Part shown: piece by piece, positions 55,539 to 64,000 of the stretch
Position numbering within the stretch: position 1 is the stretch's first letter
Layout of the letters: each line of letters begins with the position of its first letter
Translations under genes and position numbers: made by a program
Notes under the pieces: generated by a model
Seen by the model: only the letters and a program-made list of their open reading frames with translations
Told to the model about the DNA's origin: nothing
Database searches by the model: none
DNA from: Candidatus Peribacteria bacterium
GTDB taxonomy: Bacteria > Patescibacteriota > Gracilibacteria > UBA1369 > UBA12463
Length of the DNA: 64,000 nt
Direction of reading: 5' to 3'
Assembly: GCA_943355055.1 (NCBI GenBank)
Contig: CALREA010000003.1
Span: forward strand, 11,343 to 75,342

Positions 55539-57830
55539 TTAAAGGGTCTGTTTGAGTACCATCGCGGACTTCTTTCCTACTACACGGGCGAGTTCGTCCA
55601 TGGTGGCGTTTTTGATGGCGTGGAGCCCGCCGAAGTGGTTGAGGAGTTTTTTCCTGGAGAGTTCGCCGATGCCTGGGAGGTCGTCGAGTTCGGAGGAGAT
55701 GAGTGTTTTGTTGTGGGCGAGGTTGGAGTAAGAGACGGCGAAACGATGGGACTCGTCGCGGATGCGTTGCATAAGGTGGAGGGCGTGTGAGTCTTTTGGA
55801 AGTTGAATCGACTGTGATTCGTGGGGCATGAAGATCTCTTCTTCTTGTTTGGCGAGTGAGCAGATTGGAATTTGCAGATCCATGTTTTTGAGTACCTCTA
55901 TGCCGATATTGAGCTGACCCTTGCCTCCGTCGAGGACGATGAGGTCGGGTTTTACGGAGAATTTTTTGTGTTGTTCGATGAGCTTGCCCGTCTCGATCAT
56001 GAGAAGAGTGGTGTGCGGAATTTTGATGAATCCTTCTTGTTCGTGTGGATTTTTTAATTCGTTAAATCCAAATTCTTCGTAGGAGCTGATGAGATCATCT
56101 GTGGCCTGTATGTACCATTTTTTAATAGTCTTATTTTTCTCAATGAAACGGTAGAGTAGCTGATGAGATAGCTGTTTGTGGTCGTATTTGTCGTCGATCC
56201 AGAGTTGTGTAATTTCTGCAGAAATTGATGAGTAGTCTTTTTTCTCGATGAAGCCCGCGAGCGATTTTTCTTTTATGAAGATGGTGTAATTTTCGAGATT
56301 GAGAGGTTCCTGCTTCTTATTTTTTGCCGGTTTATTCTGTATTTTTTGAATGGCCTCGGTGTACTTCTTTGTGGCTTTGGCTAGGGTAAATGTCGACTTT
56401 GATAAATATTTGAGACGACGGGAGAGTACCTCGCGCATGGATGCGTAGTCGTCGGGTTTGCCGTGTGGGATCGTCGTGAGTTTGAATCGTCGATACTCAG
56501 AGTTTGCTGGTGCGCCACTCTGCATGACGACCATGGATGCGACGGTCGAGGTGCCGCCAAAATGGGAGATGTCATAGCACTCGATGCGTTTTGGTGGTTT
56601 TGGAAGGTTAAGCACTTTTGCGAGACTCTCAAGTGATTCACGTGGTACAACCTCTTCCTTGAGCCATTTTGCCTTCTGTTGGTGTGCGTAACTTTTGGCG
56701 TTGGCGAGTGAGAGTTCGAGGAGTCTATTTTTTTCGCCCATTTGTGGCCAGTGGATGTTTACCTTCTTCCCCCGCTTTTCCGTAAGCCATTTTTCCAATA
56801 GCGGGATGGATTCGATATTTTCTGGAATAAGAATTTCTTCGGGAATGTTGGAACTTGTGATGTAGTAATCGCGGAGTATGGCCTCGGTAATTTCGCTTGT
56901 GGATGGTACTTCTTCCTTGTCGTGGTTTCCGGTGAATATGAAGTTTTCCTGGCCCATGATACGACCCTCGCGGATCTGAAAGAGGTTGGTGTAGATTTTG
57001 TTGTTGTCGATGACGAAGTGGAAGACGTCACAATCTTTTCTATTGGCATCGCTGATTCGTTGCTTCTCGAACATTTCTTCGATGAGTTTGATTTTGTCGC
57101 GAGTTTTTGCGGCTTTTTCGAATTTTTTGTTGGCGGCATGCGTCATCATTTCATCCTGAAGTTGCTTGATGAGTTCGTCCGGTTTTCCTTTGAGGAAGTT
57201 AATAACTTTTTCAATAATGCTTCCGTACTCTTGCGGATTTACTTTGCCAATGCATGGGGCAGCGCAGCGTTTGATGTAGTGATAAAGACAGGGGTATTTA
57301 ATGACTTTGTTTGTTACTTCTACTTCGTTTTCGTTGTTATTGAAGCCCTTGTAGGCGATGTGCAGGCCGCAATGACGGAATGGAAGAACTTTGCGTAGAA
57401 TATCGAGTGTTTGTTTGACTTTGTGGCCTGCCGTTTTTGGACCGAAATAAAGTGCTTTATCTTTTTCTTTTCTTCGCGTAATTGTCACGCGGGGGAAATC
57501 TTCGGATGTGTCGACTCGTATATATACGAAATTTTTGTCGTCTTTCATCAAGACGTTGTATTTTGGGCGAAACTGTTTAATCCAGCTCGTTTCGAGTATA
57601 AACGCTTCGAGATCGGTACCAACCTCTATATACTCAATGTCGTCGATGAGGCTGACCATATACTCTTTCCTATCGCCTAGGTCGGTCGCTTTTTGAAAGT
57701 AACTTCGTACTCGATTGCGGAGATTGATCGCTTTTCCAATATAAATAATTTTTCCTTCAACGTCTTTCATCTTGTACACGCCGGGAGTGGCGGGAAGTTT
57801 GGCGAGGGTGTTTTCGAGTTTTTGATTCAT
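55539..57830 (-). CDS. uvrC: excinuclease ABC subunit C with a large internal insertion
   Basis: GIY-YIG GVYKMKDVEGKIIYIGKAINLRNR, a UVR domain, endonuclease ECYDISHFGG ... PDLIVLDGGKGQL, and (HhH)2 LDDLPGIG. At 763 aa it is longer than the roughly 600 aa I recall for characterised UvrCs. Confidence 0.95.
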   Translation of the reverse strand: MNQKLENTLAKLPATPGVYKMKDVEGKIIYIGKAINLRNRVRSYFQKATDLGDRKEYMVSLIDDIEYIEVGTDLEAFILETSWIKQFRPKYNVLMKDDKNFVYIRVDTSEDFPRVTITRRKEKDKALYFGPKTAGHKVKQTLDILRKVLPFRHCGLHIAYKGFNNNENEVEVTNKVIKYPCLYHYIKRCAAPCIGKVNPQEYGSIIEKVINFLKGKPDELIKQLQDEMMTHAANKKFEKAAKTRDKIKLIEEMFEKQRISDANRKDCDVFHFVIDNNKIYTNLFQIREGRIMGQENFIFTGNHDKEEVPSTSEITEAILRDYYITSSNIPEEILIPENIESIPLLEKWLTEKRGKKVNIHWPQMGEKNRLLELSLANAKSYAHQQKAKWLKEEVVPRESLESLAKVLNLPKPPKRIECYDISHFGGTSTVASMVVMQSGAPANSEYRRFKLTTIPHGKPDDYASMREVLSRRLKYLSKSTFTLAKATKKYTEAIQKIQNKPAKNKKQEPLNLENYTIFIKEKSLAGFIEKKDYSSISAEITQLWIDDKYDHKQLSHQLLYRFIEKNKTIKKWYIQATDDLISSYEEFGFNELKNPHEQEGFIKIPHTTLLMIETGKLIEQHKKFSVKPDLIVLDGGKGQLNIGIEVLKNMDLQIPICSLAKQEEEIFMPHESQSIQLPKDSHALHLMQRIRDESHRFAVSYSNLAHNKTLISSELDDLPGIGELSRKKLLNHFGGLHAIKNATMDELARVVGKKSAMVLKQTL

Positions 57831-57911
57831 GGGGTGGTTGAGTATTGCCTCTGCAATCTAGTCTTTCGGCTTGAGATTGTAGCATGGACGGAATTTCATT
57901 AGAATAGATTT

Positions 57912-58805
57912 ATGGAGTCATTTCTTTCTACCGTGGCAGCTAATGGGCTTGAAAATGCTATCTACAAGACGGTTGCGTTCTTTGATGTGCTGGATTACTG
58001 CCTCACGGCTGAGGAAATTAGTGATAGATTGATAGGTTTTCAGGCGAATTTTGAAGAGATTTCGTTGGGTTTGGCGATGTGTTCAACAATTGATACAGAT
58101 GGGGTTTATTATTTTTTGAAGGGAAGGGACGAGCTAGTAAAAATGAGAACCGATAGTCAAATGCATCACAATGGGATTTGGAAGAAGGTTGAGCGCTTGA
58201 AGTGGATTTTCTCTTTTACTCCTTTTTTGAAGGGTGTTTATGTTTGCAATACTCTTGCGATGACACAGGCGCGACCCGGAAGTGATATTGATGTACTTAT
58301 CGTAACCACACGAAATAGATTATTTATTGTGCGTACGTGGCTGCTAATACTGACGCAGATTTTGGGTATAAGGAGGCACGGTGCGAAGATTGAGGGTAGA
58401 TTATGTCTGAGTTTTTTTGTGGATGAGGATCATGTGAATTTTTCTCAATTATTATTGAAACCCTATGATGTATATTTTGCGTATTGGTTGTTGTCATTGA
58501 AACTTGTCGGGAAATCCCCTTCTCTTATAGACTCGAATGAGTGGATGAAGGGATATTTTTCTGAGGAGGTATTAGCTCGCGGCGAGAGTGTGCGCGATGT
58601 TGTTTCGAATCATTCTTTTTTGGTGAAGTTTTGGAATAAAGTTGAATTACTGCTTTTGAATTGGCAGCTCGGACGGGCGTGTGCGAAATTTGTGGCTATG
58701 GGTAGACCTCAGGGTGTGGTATTAGAAAAGCACTGTCTGAAGTTTCATGATCAGGATATGCGGGAAATTTATCGTAAAGAGTGGGAGGAAAGAACGACGT
58801 CCTAG
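57912..58805 (+). CDS. hypothetical protein with Pol-beta-type nucleotidyltransferase-fold motif
   Basis: ARPGSDIDVLIVT fits the GS-x-DxD minimal NTase signature. The rest is unrecognised. Confidence 0.5.
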   Translation: MESFLSTVAANGLENAIYKTVAFFDVLDYCLTAEEISDRLIGFQANFEEISLGLAMCSTIDTDGVYYFLKGRDELVKMRTDSQMHHNGIWKKVERLKWIFSFTPFLKGVYVCNTLAMTQARPGSDIDVLIVTTRNRLFIVRTWLLILTQILGIRRHGAKIEGRLCLSFFVDEDHVNFSQLLLKPYDVYFAYWLLSLKLVGKSPSLIDSNEWMKGYFSEEVLARGESVRDVVSNHSFLVKFWNKVELLLLNWQLGRACAKFVAMGRPQGVVLEKHCLKFHDQDMREIYRKEWEERTTS

Positions 58806-58811
58806 GAAGTC

Positions 58812-60263
58812 CTACTTCTTCTTCCCGGAACCTTTTTTCAAAGCGTTCTTTTTTGCCTTACCTTTTTCCATGCGGTCGTGGTGAGTTTCACGCTTGACGC
58901 CTTCTGTTTTTTTATAGAATCGTAGATCGATTGCGGTACCGCTGAATCCGTAACGTTCACGAATTATTCGCTCAATGTAGCGTTTGTATGAGAAGTGGAA
59001 CAACTCGGGATTTGATACCGTAACGATAAAAGTAGGTGGATCTTTCTGAGTGTATTCGATGGAGTACATCGTTATCGTACGGCCGTGACTTCGAGGTGGC
59101 GCGTGACGCGTTATTGCCTCGGCGATGATAGATTTAAGTTCGCTTTGATCAATATCTTTGTTTCGTTCTTTGTGAATTTTTACGGCAAGGTCGAAAATTT
59201 TCGTAATGTTTTTTCCTGTCAGCGCGGAAGTCATAATAATCGGACTCCATGGGAGAAACTCGAACTTGTGCTGAAGTTTGTGTGTTAATTCTTCTGCATC
59301 TTCCGCTGAGAGTTTATCAATTTTATTGAGGAGAATAATTAGGCCCTTTTTCTCGTCTTTAATATATCCGGCTATATGTGAATCTTGGCTTACAATTCCC
59401 TCGGATGCATCAATGACGAGAATGGCGATTTCCGATTCTTCCAATGCCTTGATTCCGCGAAGTACACTCCAAAATTCTAATTCTCTTCCAATTTTCCCCC
59501 TCTTACGAATACCAGCTGTGTCTTTTAGGAGGAATTTCTGGTTGTTCCAATCGATTTCGGTATCTACGGTGTCACGTGTTGTACCTGAAATATCAGAAAC
59601 GATCATCTTATCCTGGCCGATGAGCTTATTGAGGAGGGAAGATTTTCCTACGTTTGGACGACCGAGAATGGCGATGGTAATCGTTCCTTCTGCGACTTTA
59701 CTTACCTTTTCTTTTTTATATCCCAATTTCTTGAGCATTTTCTCGACAAGTGTTTCCATTTCATCAATACCTGTGCCGTGATTTGCGGATATCGGACAGA
59801 TATTTTCCACTCCCATGCGGTAGTACTCCCCTATTTCCATTTCGTGACTTTTCCTATCGGTTTTGTTGGCAACACATATATATGGCTTCTTTGCCTTCAA
59901 AATGGTTCGAATGACGTGCTGATCTTCGATCGTTGGCGGAAGTGAACCGTCGACGATGAACATGATGAAGTTGGCTTCTTGAATTGCCAGAAGTGTTTGT
60001 GCGTATACATCGCCCTCAAGACTTACTTTTTTCCCATACTGAAGTCCGCCGGTGTCTACAAGAATAGCCTCCATGTTTCCAATCTCACAAGACTGGTAAA
60101 TACGGTCACGAGTTGTTCCGGCGATATCGGAGGTGATAGCAACTTTTTTCCCTACCATTCTATTAAAGAGGGTTGATTTTCCGACATTTGGTTTTCCGAT
60201 GATGGCAATAATTGGCTTCATGAGCGGTGTATTATGTGAGGTACTTTCCTTGTTCCGCGCCAT
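58812..60263 (-). CDS. der: ribosome-associated GTPase Der/EngA (tandem GTPase domains plus KH-like domain, Lys-rich tail)
   Basis: Two P-loops, GKPNVGKST and GRPNVGKSS, with DTGG/DTAG, NKTD/NKID and a C-terminal KH-like region. An alternative start lies at Met15 (60221). Confidence 0.96.
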   Translation of the reverse strand: MARNKESTSHNTPLMKPIIAIIGKPNVGKSTLFNRMVGKKVAITSDIAGTTRDRIYQSCEIGNMEAILVDTGGLQYGKKVSLEGDVYAQTLLAIQEANFIMFIVDGSLPPTIEDQHVIRTILKAKKPYICVANKTDRKSHEMEIGEYYRMGVENICPISANHGTGIDEMETLVEKMLKKLGYKKEKVSKVAEGTITIAILGRPNVGKSSLLNKLIGQDKMIVSDISGTTRDTVDTEIDWNNQKFLLKDTAGIRKRGKIGRELEFWSVLRGIKALEESEIAILVIDASEGIVSQDSHIAGYIKDEKKGLIILLNKIDKLSAEDAEELTHKLQHKFEFLPWSPIIMTSALTGKNITKIFDLAVKIHKERNKDIDQSELKSIIAEAITRHAPPRSHGRTITMYSIEYTQKDPPTFIVTVSNPELFHFSYKRYIERIIRERYGFSGTAIDLRFYKKTEGVKRETHHDRMEKGKAKKNALKKGSGKKK

Positions 60264-60310
60264 TTTGCCTCTTTTTTGCCATTCTGGCTACTCTTTGTTA
60301 TGATGTGTTT

Positions 60311-60961
60311 ATGAAAAAGATTTTCTCAGCTTTGTTTCTTGGAATAGTGCTTGTTTTTTCCCTTGTTCCAGCCCTTGTTTTGGCCCAGGATGCGACGCAA
60401 CAGCCTACGAGTTTATTGCCGACAGATACGGGGACGGGTCTGCCTGATGGCATCTCGGTTGATTGTATCCGATTTCTCAAACGACCGAGTCTGAGGGGCG
60501 AGGTACGAGATAATAAAGATATCAATGCCACGAGTAAAACAGCCACGCAGGTGAAGGAAACTGAGGATTTTGCCGTTGAAGGTGATAAGGCTGGTACCGT
60601 CGGAACTGCGAAAGATGGTGTGGCGAGGGTAATTTTTTTGGACAAAAATGGAAAAAAAGTTCCTGCGACATATGCTATCAATGCTCGAGAGACGGCGCTT
60701 TCTTGCGGGATTAAAACGGGAAGAATTGATATGTGGTTGATTCCATACTATCTCGTGCGTGTTATTGATTTTGGCTTGTTGCTCGCCGGACTTCTGTCGG
60801 TACTCTTCATTATTATTGGTGGATATCATTTCATTATCGGGAGTTATACTGACGATAAAGAGAAGGGCAAGAAAACAATTATGTATGCTTTAGGAGGACT
60901 CATTCTATGTCTTTTGGCCTATACGGTCGTGAATCTCTTACTTCTCTTTGTTACTTCGTAG
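60311..60961 (+). CDS. secreted protein with C-terminal T4SS-pilin-like (TrbC/VirB2-type) two-helix domain
   Basis: Signal peptide MKKIFSALFLGIVLVFSLVPALVLAQD. The C-terminus LLLAGLLSVLFIIIGGYHFIIGSYTDDKEKGKKTIMYALGGLILCLLAYTVVNLLL fits the CPR T4SS_pilin pattern as I recall it. Confidence 0.6.
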   Translation: MKKIFSALFLGIVLVFSLVPALVLAQDATQQPTSLLPTDTGTGLPDGISVDCIRFLKRPSLRGEVRDNKDINATSKTATQVKETEDFAVEGDKAGTVGTAKDGVARVIFLDKNGKKVPATYAINARETALSCGIKTGRIDMWLIPYYLVRVIDFGLLLAGLLSVLFIIIGGYHFIIGSYTDDKEKGKKTIMYALGGLILCLLAYTVVNLLLLFVTS

Positions 60962-60984
60962 TTTTTATTCTTCAATTCATTTAT

Positions 60985-62193
60985 ATGAAGCTAAACGATT
61001 TATTCAGGAAGACGAGAGTCATCGTAAAAAATTTACGTGATACCGTTGCGGAGGCCAGCAAGCAGCCGGAATTTGTGCATGCTGCTGAACGCGCTGAGGG
61101 TACTCGTGAGCCGTCTCAGGAGCTTACGCTGCGTATTTCCGGTCCTTCCGTGGCGAAGGCTACTCTCATTATTCTCGCCCTCCTGACTTTGGCATATTTT
61201 ATCAATGTTATTTCCGATATTCTTGTTGTTTTTTTCGTGGCTTTTTTGTTGGCTGCCGCCATGGAGCCGACGATCGACTCTCTTCATAAAAGGAAAATTC
61301 CACGCTGGTTATCCGTCATTGTACTCTACATTGTTTCTATCGTTCTCTTTGCTTTTATTGTTTCTTATATGCTTCCGATTCTTGCTCAGCAAGTTTCTGA
61401 ATTGGCGGTGAGTTTGGGAAATTATCTGAAGAATCTGGCTGAGGGAAAAAGTGCCCTTCCGATATCCGATCGTTTTCAGCCGTATGTCGGTCAGTTTCTC
61501 AAGAGTATCAATGTGCATGATTTAGCCGGACAGGTGGAGAATTCTCTTAATCTGATCGCTGAGCAGCTTTTCACTATCGGTGGTAATATATGGGAGGTTA
61601 TTAAAATTGTTTCCCACGGTTTTCTCAATACCGTGCTTGTGCTTGTCATTGCTTTTTTTATGGTGGTTGAGCGTAACGCTGTGGATACGTTTATTTTTGC
61701 TTTTATTCCTCTTCAGCACGAAAAATATTTGGAACATAAAATTCTGTTGGTGCAGAAAAAAATTGGATTTTGGGTTCGGGGTATGCTCATCATGATGGTT
61801 TCCATGGGTGTTTTGGTCTATATTGGTCTGACCATTTTTGGAATTCAGTACGCGGCTGTTTTGGCCCTTATTGCTGGCTTTCTTGAACTTATCCCTGTTG
61901 TCGGACCCCTACTCGCTTGGGCTATGGCGGTACCAATTGTATTAAATCAGTCAGGCTTGAGTATTGTACTTGTTACTATTTTATATTTTGTTATTCAGCA
62001 ATTCGAGAGTCATGTACTGTTGCCGGTTGTTATGAAGAGAATCGTCGGGCTGAATCCGATTATTATTCTTTTTGCCTTGCTGGTTGGACATCGTTTCTTG
62101 GGTGTTCTTGGCGCGGTTCTCTCTGTGCCGGTTGCTACGATGATATCGATTTTCGTGAATGATTTTTTTGAGAAGCCGAGGAAAAAGCAATAG
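60985..62193 (+). CDS. AI-2E family transporter (PerM/UPF0118)
   Basis: Multi-TM protein with ELIPVVGPLLAW and FESHVLLPVVM, typical of AI-2E transporters. Confidence 0.85.
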   Translation: MKLNDLFRKTRVIVKNLRDTVAEASKQPEFVHAAERAEGTREPSQELTLRISGPSVAKATLIILALLTLAYFINVISDILVVFFVAFLLAAAMEPTIDSLHKRKIPRWLSVIVLYIVSIVLFAFIVSYMLPILAQQVSELAVSLGNYLKNLAEGKSALPISDRFQPYVGQFLKSINVHDLAGQVENSLNLIAEQLFTIGGNIWEVIKIVSHGFLNTVLVLVIAFFMVVERNAVDTFIFAFIPLQHEKYLEHKILLVQKKIGFWVRGMLIMMVSMGVLVYIGLTIFGIQYAAVLALIAGFLELIPVVGPLLAWAMAVPIVLNQSGLSIVLVTILYFVIQQFESHVLLPVVMKRIVGLNPIIILFALLVGHRFLGVLGAVLSVPVATMISIFVNDFFEKPRKKQ

Positions 62194-62194
62194 T

Positions 62195-64000
62195 TTAATC
62201 CGATTCTGCTCCCTCCTCCCTCCTCCTCGCCAATCCAACCGCGGCACCGACCCCAAGAGCAATGGCTAACGGAGTAAGACCATTGTTCCCGTTCCCTGTT
62301 CCTGTTGCATTACAACCTGTGTCTTTTGGTGCCGGAGCGATGACGGGTGGCTTCCTTGATGTCTCGCTTGATCCCGCATCAGCGAATATCTCTTTCATAG
62401 TTTCAGCATCTCCTGCTAGCCAGGTATCGATGCCATCTGTCTTCTGCGTGTCTACCGGTGGCACGGCGGTATCATTGGTATCGACGTTGTCTGCTGTCTG
62501 CGTATCCGTCGGTGATGTAATCTCATTCGTACTCATATCAGGTGGTGTAACTTCTCCATCTACTTCGGCTGCTGTTGCCGCTTCCGACGTATCAGTCGAT
62601 GATTGATCCAACATCGTATCCGGTTCACCATCCGGCGCTACATCAGGGGAAATATCACTCATGTCACCTTTTCCATCCAACCAGTCATCGATGGCATCAC
62701 TTCCTCCATCAACTTCCGGAGTTATAATCACTTCCGCAGCCACATCCGTACCTCCTCCATCGACTCCTTCCGTCGTTCCCGCATCCATATCTTTTTCTGC
62801 GGCCTCCACTACCTCTACAGCCTCCACGGCTTCTACTACACCTTCAGTCGCACCCTCATTCGCATTTTCTACGACACTCGCATCCCCCGCGTCAGCGGGG
62901 GTGCCTGTTTTCACTACGGTGGCTACCTGCCCCGGTATCGTCACACACGCTTCGCCCGCACCAGCAAAGTTGTCTTTAAATGTGGTAAATGGAATTTTTG
63001 TAACCTCCGTTTCCATGGTAGCAGGACTGATAATTTTTATGAGGTAGACTTGATCATTTAACCCAAATTTGTCAGCCTTTCCATAAAGAATCCAACCATT
63101 GAGTTCTGTTGAATAAGACAGATTACCCCGAAGCGGAAAAATATTATTCGTAATGATTTTCTTATTCACCTGCGGCTTTGCCCATAAGTCAGTTATGTAG
63201 GTATCTACTTTTCCTCCTCCGTTATTAATAGCCTTGAATGCATATCGACTATCTGGATCTTCTACGGCAATGTCGGAATCCGCATCGGTTACTTTATAGT
63301 CGATGAGGTTGTTGATATTTACAAGTACGATTTTATTTCCTTCAACTGTTAAATATATGGTCGGCGTACCATTGGCATCTTTTGTTGCTAGGAAGCCGCT
63401 TTTCATTATAGACCAGTCATAGGCTTTAATGCCATTTATAGTCAATACAACAGGATCTTCTGTAATCCCATTCTGTTCAATAATTAACTTATGAATAGTT
63501 GGATTATTTCCGCTATCCAATATAAAAATAAAATTATCAGTCGCTTTTAAGCTTGACCAATCTTGAGCAATATCGTACGTAAAATCTGGCAATACTGGTC
63601 CCGTTTTATATTCTGCTTTTACGTTTCCGTTTGTATCGAATGGTGATTTATAAGCAGAAATTTTTGGATTGAGAAATACCATCCGATCTTGATCAGGCGT
63701 AGCTCCTTTTATAAAGTGTACTATTGTAGATGTGTTATAATCAGGATAATTTTTGCTATTAATGACAAAAGATTTTTTGACATTAGCTGGATCAGTAATA
63801 TTGTAGAGGTAGCACCCTTCTATCATTCCATTATTCGCTGGCCATTGCGTGTAGACGAAATTTCTGTGTACTCTTGCGTTATAATCTCCCCCATTTAGAG
63901 GATTGTCCATCTGATCCTTAAACGCCTGTGTCTCCGAGATAGAAAAGTCAGTAACTTTTCCATCGGTTAATACTGCCTTCCATCCCAGCTCTTCTCCTAC
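62195..64000 (-). CDS. large cell-surface protein with acidic T/D/E/V-rich linker and Cys-containing C-terminal anchor/sorting-like tail; 5' end outside the window
   Basis: The frame stays open upstream of the ATG at 63910 through base 64000 (checked codon by codon). The C-terminus is GCNATGTGNGNNGLTPLAIALGVGAAVGLARRREEGAESD. Confidence 0.7.
   Translation of the reverse strand, partial: VGEELGWKAVLTDGKVTDFSISETQAFKDQMDNPLNGGDYNARVHRNFVYTQWPANNGMIEGCYLYNITDPANVKKSFVINSKNYPDYNTSTIVHFIKGATPDQDRMVFLNPKISAYKSPFDTNGNVKAEYKTGPVLPDFTYDIAQDWSSLKATDNFIFILDSGNNPTIHKLIIEQNGITEDPVVLTINGIKAYDWSIMKSGFLATKDANGTPTIYLTVEGNKIVLVNINNLIDYKVTDADSDIAVEDPDSRYAFKAINNGGGKVDTYITDLWAKPQVNKKIITNNIFPLRGNLSYSTELNGWILYGKADKFGLNDQVYLIKIISPATMETEVTKIPFTTFKDNFAGAGEACVTIPGQVATVVKTGTPADAGDASVVENANEGATEGVVEAVEAVEVVEAAEKDMDAGTTEGVDGGGTDVAAEVIITPEVDGGSDAIDDWLDGKGDMSDISPDVAPDGEPDTMLDQSSTDTSEAATAAEVDGEVTPPDMSTNEITSPTDTQTADNVDTNDTAVPPVDTQKTDGIDTWLAGDAETMKEIFADAGSSETSRKPPVIAPAPKDTGCNATGTGNGNNGLTPLAIALGVGAAVGLARRREEGAESD

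Noticed and set aside
55374-55790. 138-aa plus-strand ORF
   Set aside because: It reads through tRNA-Leu(CAA) and then runs antisense to the uvrC 3' end.
55950-56405. UvrC insertion considered as an intein or mobile-element insertion
   Set aside because: There is no Cys/Ser/Thr at the N-terminal junction, no His-Asn plus nucleophile at the C-terminal junction, and no homing-endonuclease motifs. The frame is continuous. It is therefore reported as a domain insertion instead.
62262-63061. Three plus-strand ORFs (114, 152 and 128 aa) antisense to the surface-protein gene
   Set aside because: They sit opposite the GC-rich, acidic low-complexity linker. The translations are Ser/Pro/Thr/Arg low-complexity shadows.

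Overview
This is a compact, gene-dense bacterial window with about 70 protein-coding genes and 4 tRNAs. There is no rRNA, CRISPR array or recognisable transposon or phage block. Long ORFs stay intact under the standard genetic code.

Most genes are housekeeping:
- Translation: ileS, tyrS, gatB, fmt, pth, rplI, rplU, obg, der.
- One-carbon and purine metabolism: glyA, MTHFS, purA, purC, purE, purB.
- Riboflavin (ribE, ribH) and glycolysis (pgk).
- DNA repair: recG, uvrC, ssb, ruvX.
- Envelope and secretion: lepB, secG, a GT2 glycosyltransferase, a TagA/WecG-type transferase and an O-antigen-ligase-like protein.

The many small membrane proteins of unknown function, the orphan solute-binding proteins, the T4SS-pilin-like protein and the overlapping genes suggest an uncultivated small-genome (CPR/Patescibacteria-like) bacterium. 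That assignment is inference only.

All calls rest on motif recognition in the supplied translations and on reading the DNA; no database search was run.

The observations most worth follow-up:
1. A divergent, almost abutting pair of an Elp3-type radical-SAM/GNAT tRNA-modification enzyme and a Trm9-like methyltransferase (42.3-44.6 kb). This looks like a eukaryote/archaeon-style (m)cm5U34 pathway.
2. A roughly 150-aa GNAT-like insertion inside the endonuclease domain of UvrC.
3. A near-consensus promoter with a perfect 16-bp palindrome in its spacer, driving a small acidic protein and an atypical protein-kinase-like gene.
4. An AT-rich trio of small genes between a GNAT gene and recG, including a 53-aa ORF missing from the ORF track.
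5. A large surface protein with a Cys-containing C-terminal sorting-signal-like tail.
6. A VirD4/TraD-like ATPase and a T4SS-pilin-like protein, each outside any T4SS locus.
7. Conserved hairpin plus GATCC trailers after three tRNAs.
8. A highly structured leader at 25.35-25.56 kb.
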